Source: Paramoeba atlantica (lineage: Eukaryota > Protista > Discosea). From it: a DNA stretch of 64,000 nucleotides. The notes under the pieces were generated by a model that saw nothing but the letters and a program-made list of their open reading frames with translations, made no database searches and was not told the origin of the DNA. Shown here in pieces: positions 1 through 9,478 of this stretch (its first letter is position 1; each line of letters begins with the position of its first letter). The position numbers and the translations under genes are program-made. Where the stretch lies: assembly GCA_977017575.1 (NCBI GenBank), contig CDRNVI010000100.1, forward strand, positions 1 to 64,000, written 5' to 3'.

Positions 1-640
1 AAATTGAAACGTGTTGACTTCCGCAAGGGAAAACGATGTGCGACATGCCCCCGTCCCATCACGCGATCGCTTGCTTGCGTTGAACGCACAAGTTTGAAAG
101 CACGCCAAGATTTCGACACAGAACAACGCAGGGACGACCAAGCCTCTCTCGTAGAGCATGTCCCTGACGGTGCCTGTTTGCTGGACCGTGTTTCAGCAAC
201 GCAAATTGGCGTGAGGAAGACGAGTTTGTCAATTCCCCTGCGCTTTTCAGCACTTTACGTGTTGGACGCGTTGAAAAGGGTTATTTTCTGACCAATCACC
301 GCAACGACCGAACGCGACAACGAAACGGCTCACGTACGAAGTTGCTTAACAGTGGGCCACTGGTTCGCGAGGTCTGAAATCAAGCTGTGTTTTGTGAGAT
401 GAAGCAGATTGCTTCTTTGTAGAGCCTCGATGGGGATGTTTTGGAGTAATGGCGGATATTCCCTTGTTGGGGTCGCATAAATGTATTTTTTGTCCCCCGG
501 CCGCTCTCCATTTCCGTTTTTGTGGATTTGAATTGTTGCTTGGTAATGTTGGTTTGGTGATTGGGACCGTGGTGGTCAGGTCGGGAATGTACCTTGCCTC
601 TGTAGATGGGTGCCCACACAGCTGTTCGTGTGGACTATTG

Positions 641-1075
641 TAGCCCCCCTAGCGCCCCCTAGCGCCCCCTAGCCCCCCCTAGCCCCCCCTAGCCCCCCCT
701 AGCCCCCCCTAGCCCCCCCTAGCCCCCCCTAGCCCCCCCTAGGCCCCCCCTAGCCCCCTTAGCCCCCCCTAGCCCCCCCTAGCCCCCCCTAGCCCCCCCG
801 AGCTCCCCTAGCCCCCCCTAGCCCCCCCGAGCTCCCCCTAGCCCCCCTAGCCCCCCGTAGCCCCCCCTAGCCCTCCTTGGACCCCCTTTCCCCCGTTAGC
901 CCCCCCTAGCCCCCCCTAGCCCCCCTAGTCTCCCCTAGCCCGCCCTAGCCCCCCTGGCCCCCCCCTAGCCCCCCCTAGCCCTCCCTTGGCCCCCCTTTTC
1001 CCCCGTTAGCCCCCCCTAGCCCCCCCTTTGCCCCGTTAGCCCCCCCTAGCCCCCCTAGCCCCCCTAGCCTCCCGG
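641..1075 (+). repeat. Degenerate tandem minisatellite (CCCCCCCTAG)n, G7 runs on minus strand
   Basis: About 430 bp of roughly 10-bp units TAGCCCCCCC read directly; sits immediately upstream of a family-A 3' end. Confidence 0.95.
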
Positions 1076-1099
1076 GCCAATATTTATCATTTATTATGC

Positions 1100-1214
1100 A
1101 TACTGTGTTCCTCTTTATACGTTCCTATGTTCCTCTTTCACTTTGTTTTCACTTTTTTCAACATTCGAGCGGTAGTATGCACATCGAGCGGTAGTATAAA
1201 CACAACCACCGTAA
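1100..1214 (+). mobile_element. 3' end (module A) of dispersed hairpin-ended element family
   Basis: ACTGTGTTCC...TTCACTTTTTTCAA...GAGCGGTAGT...ACAACCACCGTAA matches ends at 14985, 37737, 48804, 55098 and 57722. Confidence 0.8.
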
Positions 1215-1274
1215 TTTGCACTTTTACTAGGCAGTTCCGTCTTTATTAGACACTTTTACTAGTTACTCTTATCC

Positions 1275-3197
1275 ATGCTCCGTGTTCGACCTCTACCTGC
1301 TGCCTCAAGCCACTCGTTCGCGGTTCCATGTTGGCTCGCTAAACATTCAAGATTAAGTGTTCCGAAAAAGATTGGTTACCTTACGCTCAATCCTCTGCGA
1401 ATGTCAGTTTCGTCCATTGCGTCCTCCGATATTTCCCATTCTACAAGTTTTTATCAAATTCGCTCTTGTCACGACTGGACAAACGCCTTCTTGCATCACA
1501 AAGAGGAAGGTGCTTCTCGAAAGAAAAAACTTAAAGAACGAAGCAAGCTAATTCCCGACAAACATGCCTTTAAAAAAGACGAAAACCATAGCACCGACAA
1601 GAAGGAAAAGCATCATTCTAAAATGAAGACGAATAAGTACGTAGGCGAACCTACTACACAGAAAGCGCGAACCCACACAGAAGCCATTTCTAAAGTACAT
1701 GAAAAAGGCTCATTGACTACAGAAGCAAATCCTGCAGTGAACCTCTCGGCACGCAAAAGCACCCCACAAGAGCACTCCAAGACGACAAATTCTAAATTGA
1801 TTACACCTCTGTCATCCGTAAAGGAGTCACAAAACTATGCAAAGGCAAAAACTAAGGGACATCAAAAGAAAAAAGCTTCTTCCTCTGTTTCGACAGTAAC
1901 TTTGTCCTCGGTTGCTAAGCCAATAGGGAAGAGAAGTGTAGATATGGTGTCTGAAGACGAACCTACATCAAAGGCCCCTACAAAAAGTAGTTCTCAGGCA
2001 CATTCAACGGACGCTTCTGGTAGAAAAGAAAAATCTGCGATGAACCCTCTGACACGCAAAAACAATTCACAAGAGCCCTCCAAGGTCACGAACTCTGAAG
2101 CAAAGGCGTCACAAACCTCCGCAAACGCGAAAGTTAAGGAACAAAAGAAAAGGGCTCCTTGCCCTGGTTCGATTGTAAAATTGTCTTCGGTTGCAAAGCC
2201 AATGTGGAAGAGCAGTGCAGATATGGCGTCCGTGAACATACCTGCGCCAAAGGCTCATACAAAAACTAGCTCTGGGGAGCTTGCAAAGGCCGCTTTTACT
2301 AAGGAAGAAGAACCTGCCGTGAAGCTCAAGACACGTAAACGCAGTCCACAAAAACACTCCAAGGTGGCTATCATTGATGTAATTGCATCTTCGTCACCCA
2401 TAGAGGAGTTACAAAGCTTCGCAAATGTGAAAACGAAGAAAGAAAAGAAGAAAGCTTCTGCCCCTGTTTTGACTGCGGGGTCGCTTTCCATTGGGAAGAC
2501 AATGGGGAAGAGTAGTGCAAATATGGCGTCTGTAGACGTAACTGCACCAAAGGCTCATACCAAAAATAAATCTGAGACGCATGCGAAGGGTTCTTTTACT
2601 AAAGAAGCAAAACCTGCGGTGAACCTTTCTGCACGCAAAAACAATCCGCAAGTAGAAAATTGTAAAGTGATTGCATCTCCGTCATCCGTAAAAGAATCAC
2701 AAAATTCTGTGAAAACAAATGCTAAGGAAAAAAGCGTAGGTACTAAGAAAAAAGCTTCCGCTCCTGTTTCGACATTGAAATCGCCTTCCATTGCAAAGCC
2801 CGTGAGGGAAAACAGTGCAGATATCGCGAAGAGCCAAGAGAGCTCTCCTTGTCGTTTTTCTCCTTGCTCTGCTATTTGCGCCACAGGCTGTAAGATTGCC
2901 CACTTTCTACGTGTCTATGGCTTGGGAGGTATGCTTCTTTACTCTTTCCTACATTTTGGCACTTCCGTGGCTTTATTGATTGCATTGTTATTAGGAATCG
3001 ATGTGATTGCTCTTTTTCGTTCCTATGATATTCCGCTAACCGTGGCTACAGAACCCGAGGGAGACATGCTGACAAAGATTTGGTTTGCCGATGCTTTAAG
3101 CAACTCGTTTATTCCACTGTACCTTGCGTCCACGGTTTTGCTTTCTCCCTTTTATGCACCCACGCTAAGTCGTGCTGTACTGAATCTATTTAGGTAG
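1275..3197 (+). CDS. DUF1279/FAM210-like membrane protein with long Lys/Ser-rich internally repeated region
   Basis: 640-aa ORF; C-terminal LRVYGLGGMLLYSFLHF...LGID hydrophobic domain resembles DUF1279; Arg/Ser-rich N-terminus; four roughly 95-aa internal repeats. Confidence 0.6.
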   Translation: MLRVRPLPAASSHSFAVPCWLAKHSRLSVPKKIGYLTLNPLRMSVSSIASSDISHSTSFYQIRSCHDWTNAFLHHKEEGASRKKKLKERSKLIPDKHAFKKDENHSTDKKEKHHSKMKTNKYVGEPTTQKARTHTEAISKVHEKGSLTTEANPAVNLSARKSTPQEHSKTTNSKLITPLSSVKESQNYAKAKTKGHQKKKASSSVSTVTLSSVAKPIGKRSVDMVSEDEPTSKAPTKSSSQAHSTDASGRKEKSAMNPLTRKNNSQEPSKVTNSEAKASQTSANAKVKEQKKRAPCPGSIVKLSSVAKPMWKSSADMASVNIPAPKAHTKTSSGELAKAAFTKEEEPAVKLKTRKRSPQKHSKVAIIDVIASSSPIEELQSFANVKTKKEKKKASAPVLTAGSLSIGKTMGKSSANMASVDVTAPKAHTKNKSETHAKGSFTKEAKPAVNLSARKNNPQVENCKVIASPSSVKESQNSVKTNAKEKSVGTKKKASAPVSTLKSPSIAKPVRENSADIAKSQESSPCRFSPCSAICATGCKIAHFLRVYGLGGMLLYSFLHFGTSVALLIALLLGIDVIALFRSYDIPLTVATEPEGDMLTKIWFADALSNSFIPLYLASTVLLSPFYAPTLSRAVLNLFR

Positions 3198-3693
3198 ATA
3201 GCATCATTAAATAGAGCTGCAACATTGCAAGGAATGAACCATTTCATTCTCGTCACTTAGCACGAAGTAAAGAAATCCAGAGAAAATCATTTTTGGGAGT
3301 ACTATGTTTTGTTGTATTTCGTAGTATTTCAACAATAGTTGTTTGTGCATACAATGTAGTTTAAAAATGTGTACAGATGTAGTTTAAAAACATGTAAAGA
3401 ACGGTATATCTTCACGCCTTTTTTTTGGAGGCATACGTAGCAGTTGTCTGGAGGTGAGCAAATAAATTTCCAATATCTACTTTTGCATATTTTTTCGGGA
3501 CACGAGCTCGGTCGAGCACAACTAGGCATTGATTTGTTTTTGCACAAGATCTTAAAATCAGTAATGTGACCATGCACAAGTAAGCGTATCATACTGCATT
3601 CGGGCATGTAAAACTTGTAATACATGGGATATTTCAAGCGTAATTTTGTACAGTCCAGGTCAGGTTTATTATTCCCTAAACGTATTACCACCA

Positions 3694-4431
3694 ATGCTAC
3701 GCGCTATTCCGAGCCGAATGTCGCATCGTGCCGCTTTTCGTTGTGTTGCAGGACATACACGTACATGTACGTTCGCCATGCAGGCTACACATTTTAGACG
3801 CCATAGCGTTATCCCACACCCGTTCGGTAACGTGCAAAAGAACCCATTGGTATCCTTGCAACTCCGTTGGAAATCGTCGCTAAACATTCCCATCTCTTCA
3901 TCCCTTTCAAACAAGGGAGTTATGCAGCAGAAAAAGAAAACCTGCTTGAAAAAGACGAAATCCAGCGACACGAATACGGCTGCCACAGAAACTATTGCGC
4001 CGCACAATGACGCCTCTAGGCAGAACGATTTTCAGACAAAATCGACACAACTTCATACCGACTCAGCTGCTTCGATGAATTCGCAAACCGCTCCATCATC
4101 CGGCGACCCTGCCACATTGTGTTCACCCTCACTTATGGACCAGGTGCGTAAGTATGGTTTGGGAGGCTTTCTCCTGTATTCTCTTATTCACTTCTTCTCC
4201 ATGCTGCTTCTATTAGCGCTGATAGGGCTCGGTGTTGACCTTATCGGGCTCGCAAGATCTTACAATCTTCCCCTTCCTTTGGAAAGTTCTCCGGGAGGTG
4301 ATCTTTTGACTCTTTTCGTATTCTGTATTGCACTGAACAAACTTTTTGTTCCATTACATGTCTCACTCACACTCGTTCTTGCTCCACGATATGCACCCTT
4401 ACTATCAAAGTGGGCTCGTTCCTTATTTTAG
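3694..4431 (+). CDS. DUF1279/FAM210-like membrane protein, tandem paralogue
   Basis: First ATG at 3694; VRKYGLGGFLLYSLIHF...LGVD domain clearly homologous to C-terminus of 1275-3197; presequence-like N-terminus. Confidence 0.65.
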   Translation: MLRAIPSRMSHRAAFRCVAGHTRTCTFAMQATHFRRHSVIPHPFGNVQKNPLVSLQLRWKSSLNIPISSSLSNKGVMQQKKKTCLKKTKSSDTNTAATETIAPHNDASRQNDFQTKSTQLHTDSAASMNSQTAPSSGDPATLCSPSLMDQVRKYGLGGFLLYSLIHFFSMLLLLALIGLGVDLIGLARSYNLPLPLESSPGGDLLTLFVFCIALNKLFVPLHVSLTLVLAPRYAPLLSKWARSLF

Positions 4432-4711
4432 ACCTCCCTCTTATCTTTTTCTATTCTTAGCATTTTTTCCTCCTCTTCATTACGGTCCATGTGTCGTGAC
4501 ACACCATGTTATCTCATTTTTTAAAACAACGCACAGACATCAAACCAAAACTCCCCCCCCCCCCCACCTTCCTCTTTCCTAACCCCTTTCCCCCTTTTCT
4601 CCCCATTCTCTACCCCCCATCTCTCTACCCCTCACCCTCTCCCTTTTCCATTCCACACCACCCACCCTCTATCTAACCCGCCTTACCCCCTTTTTCGCCT
4701 CCCCACCCCCC

Positions 4712-6136
4712 ATGACCTCTTCCTCCTCCCCCCTCCCCCCTCAGGAGGCACAACTCCACCACGCGGTATCCCCCCCCCACGACAACAACAACAGTGACAC
4801 TAACGACAACACCCCGGACGACACCCACCGCAACGCCACCATCGCCTCCACCGCGGCCCACATCCTCTGCACCATGATCGGCGGCGGCCTGCTCTCCCTC
4901 CCGCTGGCCTTCGCCCAGGCCTCCCTGCTCCCCGGCATCCTCATCACCCTCCTCAACGCCCTCCTCGCCTGCCTCTCCGTCTACTTCATCTGCAAGAGCT
5001 GCGACGCCACAAAGGTCTACTCCTTCCGCGGCCTCATCCTCCGCGCCTTCCCCCACACCAACCCGAAGCTCCTGGGGATCCTCACCGAGGGCCTCATCCT
5101 TGCCTGCAACACCTTCATCCTGATGATCTACACCACCGTGATCACCGACGCGATGCCCGACCTGTGCCACGGGCTGTGGGGGGGCGGGGTGTGGTCCACC
5201 AAGTGGTTCTGGATGCTCACCTGCGGGGGGGTGTTCGTGGTGCTGAGCCCGATACGACGGCTGCACGAGCTGCTGGTGGTCTCCATCCTCGGGTTCGTCG
5301 CGATGATCGTGGTGTGCCTGGTGGCGTATGTGCATCTCGGGGAGGTGAGCGTGTTCCCGAGCGGGGGGGAGTTGGAGTGGTTTACGCTCGGGGATGGGGT
5401 TTTGCCGGCGTTCGCGGTGGTGTGTGCGGCGTATACGTTTCATATGAATATCCCGCCGTTGTATGGGGAGTTAAAGAACCCCACGACGGGACGGATGATG
5501 ACCGCGACGGTGCTGTCGGTGGCGATTGGCGCCGCGATGTATATCTCGGTAGGGGTTTGTGTGTATGTGGCGTTTGGGAAGAGTGTGGTGATGTCCGCGG
5601 CGGCGGGGGGGAACTACCTGCGGCATTTCTCGGATACCCATGGGTGGGCGAATGCGGCGCGTGGGATGATTGTGTTTCACATTATTTGCGCGTTTCCGAT
5701 TTTTGCCATCGTCGCGCGACGCTCGTGGTACATTATGATGACGGGGAACGAGCAGGAAGAAAGTTTGTGGAAGCGAGTGGTGATGGGAGTGACTTTGGTC
5801 GTGTTCGCGGTGTGCATCACGTTGGTGATTCCGGGACTGGGGGTACTGATGGCGTTCACCGGGGCCCTGTTCGGGACCTCCATTGAGTTTATCCTCCCTG
5901 CCCTGTTTTACTATCGGTTGCACGGCTCAAAGCCGTTGGAGAACAGGCACGCGGAGGAAACCACGGAAGAAAAGGCAGGCGAAGTTGCGATCCCTTGCGA
6001 GCCCGTAAAGAAGACGTCGTTGGTACAAGTCGCCGTGGGAAGTCGAGGGATGCGCTATGCTGCCATTGCCGTGGCACTTTTCGGGGTGGTGGATATGGGA
6101 GCTAGCCTTGCGGTAGTGATTAAGGATTTGTGTTAG
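4712..6136 (+). CDS. Amino acid transporter (Aa_trans/AAAP, SLC38-like)
   Basis: 474 aa, about 11 hydrophobic segments, motifs TMIGGGLLSLPLAF, AYTFHMNIPPLYGEL, GALFGTSIEFILP. Confidence 0.92.
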   Translation: MTSSSSPLPPQEAQLHHAVSPPHDNNNSDTNDNTPDDTHRNATIASTAAHILCTMIGGGLLSLPLAFAQASLLPGILITLLNALLACLSVYFICKSCDATKVYSFRGLILRAFPHTNPKLLGILTEGLILACNTFILMIYTTVITDAMPDLCHGLWGGGVWSTKWFWMLTCGGVFVVLSPIRRLHELLVVSILGFVAMIVVCLVAYVHLGEVSVFPSGGELEWFTLGDGVLPAFAVVCAAYTFHMNIPPLYGELKNPTTGRMMTATVLSVAIGAAMYISVGVCVYVAFGKSVVMSAAAGGNYLRHFSDTHGWANAARGMIVFHIICAFPIFAIVARRSWYIMMTGNEQEESLWKRVVMGVTLVVFAVCITLVIPGLGVLMAFTGALFGTSIEFILPALFYYRLHGSKPLENRHAEETTEEKAGEVAIPCEPVKKTSLVQVAVGSRGMRYAAIAVALFGVVDMGASLAVVIKDLC

Positions 6137-6487
6137 AAATAGTAAATCATGAGGTAATGTACTTGGACTAAAACGGTGTTAAGAGAATGTAAGTCGATGA
6201 GCGTAAAAATCAGTTTGGGCGGTTTTCCTTTAGTATCTTTCGTGTCAGCTAAAATTTTCATGGTTACTGTATTTTTTTTATAAGCACCTAGTAAAAAGTT
6301 ATCCCATTATTTCTTTTCCCAAAGACGATTTCATCTGATTCTTTAACATTTGAACTGCATTTCTTCAAAAATTTCATTTTTACACTATTATTACATGCTT
6401 TTTGTTCCTTTGTTTTTTGGGCTAGCTTCAGTGGCCTTCGCACCGTCCCATCAAACTTCACATTTTAGCTGTTACCTCTTTTATTGA

Positions 6488-7420
6488 ATGCCGTCTTGCA
6501 TTTCATTTTTGACACTTTTTTCTTCCTTCATGTGCCACGTTCTTTGTAAGGACGACGGTTCGGATCTTAAACTTGGACGGGTTAATCTTTCACTCGTTCC
6601 GCAGGAGATTCTTATGGAGCGCTTTATTGATGGGTTGCATGTCACACCACCGTCTTGGAAGTTTACGAAGAAACGATATTTAGGACTTTCCTCTACCCAT
6701 GTATCGATTTGCACCTGGGAAGGCATTATTTGCGACAAGGATCAAATCGTTCGGCGGGTTCTTTCTGGTAGTCATAATCTTGCAGGATCCTTGCATTATC
6801 AGTATTTGCCTCGAGGTGTCCACGAGCTCCGAATTGGTCGCAAGGGACCTGATATTAGCGGAGATCTTGATTTGCTATTTCTTCCCGAATCATTAAAAAT
6901 AATGTCGGTACAAGGCAATGCACATAACAGTACAATCTCACTGGGAAGTCTTCCTAGCTCGTTAACTCTTTTAAACGTTTCCGACAATCAACTCCACGGA
7001 GAGCTTGATCTCACACATTTGCCGGATAATTTAACGCATTTGCTACTCAATATGAATCTATTTTCAGGTAGTATTTCTCTTACCCAACTACCAGAAAAAT
7101 TGAAAGTGTTACGACTAGACCATAATCATATTGAAGGCCCTGTAGATCTCACTTCTCTTCCCACGAACTTGACAGATCTGATCCTTGTGCAAAACAGGTT
7201 TTCCGGCACCATCTCCCTAGAAAAGCTTCCTCTAAGTCTTCTGAGGATGCGGTTAGATACGAATCGTTTGCAAGGCCCTCTGAATCTACAACCTTTGGCA
7301 CGTTACGAATTTCTTTTTGGTTTCTCGTTCTTGGAAAATTACTTTTCAAAAGACGATGCAGCGACCGCTCCATATGGGTTTCAATTAGGATCCCAGCGTC
7401 AACCTCTAAAGAAGTGCTGA
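6488..7420 (+). CDS. Leucine-rich repeat protein with predicted signal peptide
   Basis: Hydrophobic N-terminus, CTWEGIIC cap, repeats of type LxLxxNxFSGxIxLxxLP. Confidence 0.85.
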   Translation: MPSCISFLTLFSSFMCHVLCKDDGSDLKLGRVNLSLVPQEILMERFIDGLHVTPPSWKFTKKRYLGLSSTHVSICTWEGIICDKDQIVRRVLSGSHNLAGSLHYQYLPRGVHELRIGRKGPDISGDLDLLFLPESLKIMSVQGNAHNSTISLGSLPSSLTLLNVSDNQLHGELDLTHLPDNLTHLLLNMNLFSGSISLTQLPEKLKVLRLDHNHIEGPVDLTSLPTNLTDLILVQNRFSGTISLEKLPLSLLRMRLDTNRLQGPLNLQPLARYEFLFGFSFLENYFSKDDAATAPYGFQLGSQRQPLKKC

Positions 7421-7463
7421 AAGCACGTTTCACGAGTACCGTATACCCCCCCAGTAGTAGACC

Positions 7464-8030
7464 CCCCCAGTAACAAGGATTTGACCCTTTTTTGGCCGAC
7501 CCCCAGTAACAAGGATTTGGCTCGGGAGGGTCGCTGGAGGGGGGGAGGGGGTGTTTGAGGGGGGTGCGGGCGGTTGCGCGGGAGCGAATTGCGTAGTTGC
7601 GGGATTGGCTGGACAGAAAATCAACGCTCTCATGAACAAAAAAGACCTTTTCCCACCAAAAAAGCATACCCCCCAGTAACAAGGACTTGGCTCGGGAGGG
7701 TCGCTGGAGAGGGGGAGGGGGTGTTTGAGGGGGGTGCGGGCGGTTGCGCGGGAGCGAATTGCGTAGTTGCGGGATTGGCTGGACAGAAAATCAACGCTCT
7801 CATGAACAAAAAAGACCTTTTCCCACCAAAAAAGCATACCCCCCAGTAACAAGGACTTGGCTCGGGAGGGTCGCTGGAGAGGGGGAGGGGGTGTTTGAGG
7901 GGGGTGCGGGCGGTTGCGCGGGAGCGAATTGCGTAGTTGCAGGATTGGCTGGACAGAAAATCAACGCTCTCATGAACAAAAAAGACCTTTTCTCACCAAA
8001 AAAGCATACCCCCCAGTAACAAGGATTTGA
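7464..8030 (+). repeat. 170-bp tandem repeat, about 3.2 copies, G-rich
   Basis: CCCCAGTAACAAGGA recurs at 7501, 7671, 7841 and 8011; units nearly identical. Confidence 0.95.
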
Positions 8031-8190
8031 TCATTTTGGTCCAAAATCGATTCTTACACTGGGGAGGGGGTACAGGGTATAGGAATGTGTTTTTGCGAAT
8101 AATAGTAGAGGGGCAAGTAAAGTTTAAGAAGATTATAGATATATACACCTTTTTCTTTGCCTTTTGTTTAGCACACTTACTATCACCCGA

Positions 8191-9339
8191 ATGTCCATAA
8201 GACCATCTCATGCCTCTTTTTCAAGGCTTCCGCCCAACTTCGTCTTTTTGAATAGGACTCGATCTCAATCCACCCTTACATCACCTACTCCTCATTTGTT
8301 AGGGGCATTGACTTCTGCCTCTCCTCACAATAAAATTCCCGTGACTCGTTCCGACGCTGGAGATTACGTGCGGCATTATTTCCGACCTGAACTGGCTATT
8401 CCGGGCCTGAAACCCTCTTTGAATATTGTAGACTTGGGGGCCATTCACGGAGAGAACCTCCATGAGGCCTACACCTTTCAGGACTTTACTTTAGCCGAGT
8501 TAGAGGCGACGGGGGATAAGCTGCTTGGGTGGCGTGTCCAGGGAAACAGCGAGGCGACGCGCCGAAAACTTCACTACCGCGAGCTCTATTGTGGCCCATT
8601 GCTGCGCTCCATGACGCGAAACTACCACGAACCCACGGAAGGCACAAAACAAGCCAATGAGACTAAATCAACGAATGAAACCACCGTTCCAGATGATTCC
8701 ACCCCGATATTAAAAACAAGCGAAAACGAACACAAAAACACCGAAAAAACATCTGCAGAGCCCGCGGCTTCGAAATCACTCACTCCAACGCAAACACTCA
8801 AATGCTCTCTGCCCAACACAGCGGAGTGCCGCCCCTCTGTCTCTCGCCACGGCCTCCTGGACGCGGAGCTGCACGTCGCGTTCCGCATCTACGACCCCGT
8901 GATTCCCTCCTTGCTTGCGCCCGGGGAGATTAACGAGTACCTTGGGGTGATGTATCCCGTGCTGGAGCTCACCGCATGTCGGTACCCCCTGCGCCCCACC
9001 AACGTACCCGCCCATGTGGCGGATATGGCCGGCGCAGGGTTTGTGTTTTTCGGGGACCCAATCCCAAGCGAGAAGTGGGCAGGGCTCGAACTCAGCGAGC
9101 TCAAAGCTGTGCTGCTGCACAATAATATCCCTGTGGCGATTGGGAAGAGTTCCGCCGTCGTGGGTACGGTAATGAGTGCGATTAAATTTATCGCACGCCA
9201 TTTGAAAAGTCGTCCACGGCCGCTCCAGGAGAACCAGGTGGTGTTGTGTGGCTCCATGGGGTGCACACAGGTGAAACCGGGGCACATCACGGCGCACTAC
9301 GGCCCACTGGGGTGTGTAGAGGCGTTGGTGGATGAGTAA
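8191..9339 (+). CDS. 2-keto-4-pentenoate hydratase-like (MhpD/FAH superfamily) protein with N-terminal extension
   Basis: Motifs KLLGWRV..G, DAELHVAF, VLELTACRY, VADMAGAG, VVLCGS match the FAH/MhpD fold; first ATG at 8191. Confidence 0.75.
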   Translation: MSIRPSHASFSRLPPNFVFLNRTRSQSTLTSPTPHLLGALTSASPHNKIPVTRSDAGDYVRHYFRPELAIPGLKPSLNIVDLGAIHGENLHEAYTFQDFTLAELEATGDKLLGWRVQGNSEATRRKLHYRELYCGPLLRSMTRNYHEPTEGTKQANETKSTNETTVPDDSTPILKTSENEHKNTEKTSAEPAASKSLTPTQTLKCSLPNTAECRPSVSRHGLLDAELHVAFRIYDPVIPSLLAPGEINEYLGVMYPVLELTACRYPLRPTNVPAHVADMAGAGFVFFGDPIPSEKWAGLELSELKAVLLHNNIPVAIGKSSAVVGTVMSAIKFIARHLKSRPRPLQENQVVLCGSMGCTQVKPGHITAHYGPLGCVEALVDE

Positions 9340-9478
9340 CAGTTTTTTAAACCACCATGGATTATGCCAGCTAGGCCAAGTACTTTAGCGACACATAAAA
9401 ACATTTGAAACACCTTGGCTTTTTATTTACCCTTTTTCAACTTAGTGCTTGATTTTCTTGCTCCTCATTTTTATCCTA

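Noticed and set aside
4-291. 95-aa ORF at window start
   Set aside because: No motif, possibly truncated by the window edge; unsupported.
641-1075. Telomere
   Set aside because: Internal position, unit is not TTAGGG, and it occupies the minisatellite slot of the dispersed element family.
4673-5886. Long antisense and alternate-frame ORFs over the permease, ATM1 and ZPR1 (for example 4673-5443, 27801-28592)
   Set aside because: Shadow ORFs caused by GC-rich third positions; no recognisable motifs.
7430-8030. ORFs of 91-177 aa on both strands
   Set aside because: They are translations of the 170-bp tandem repeat.
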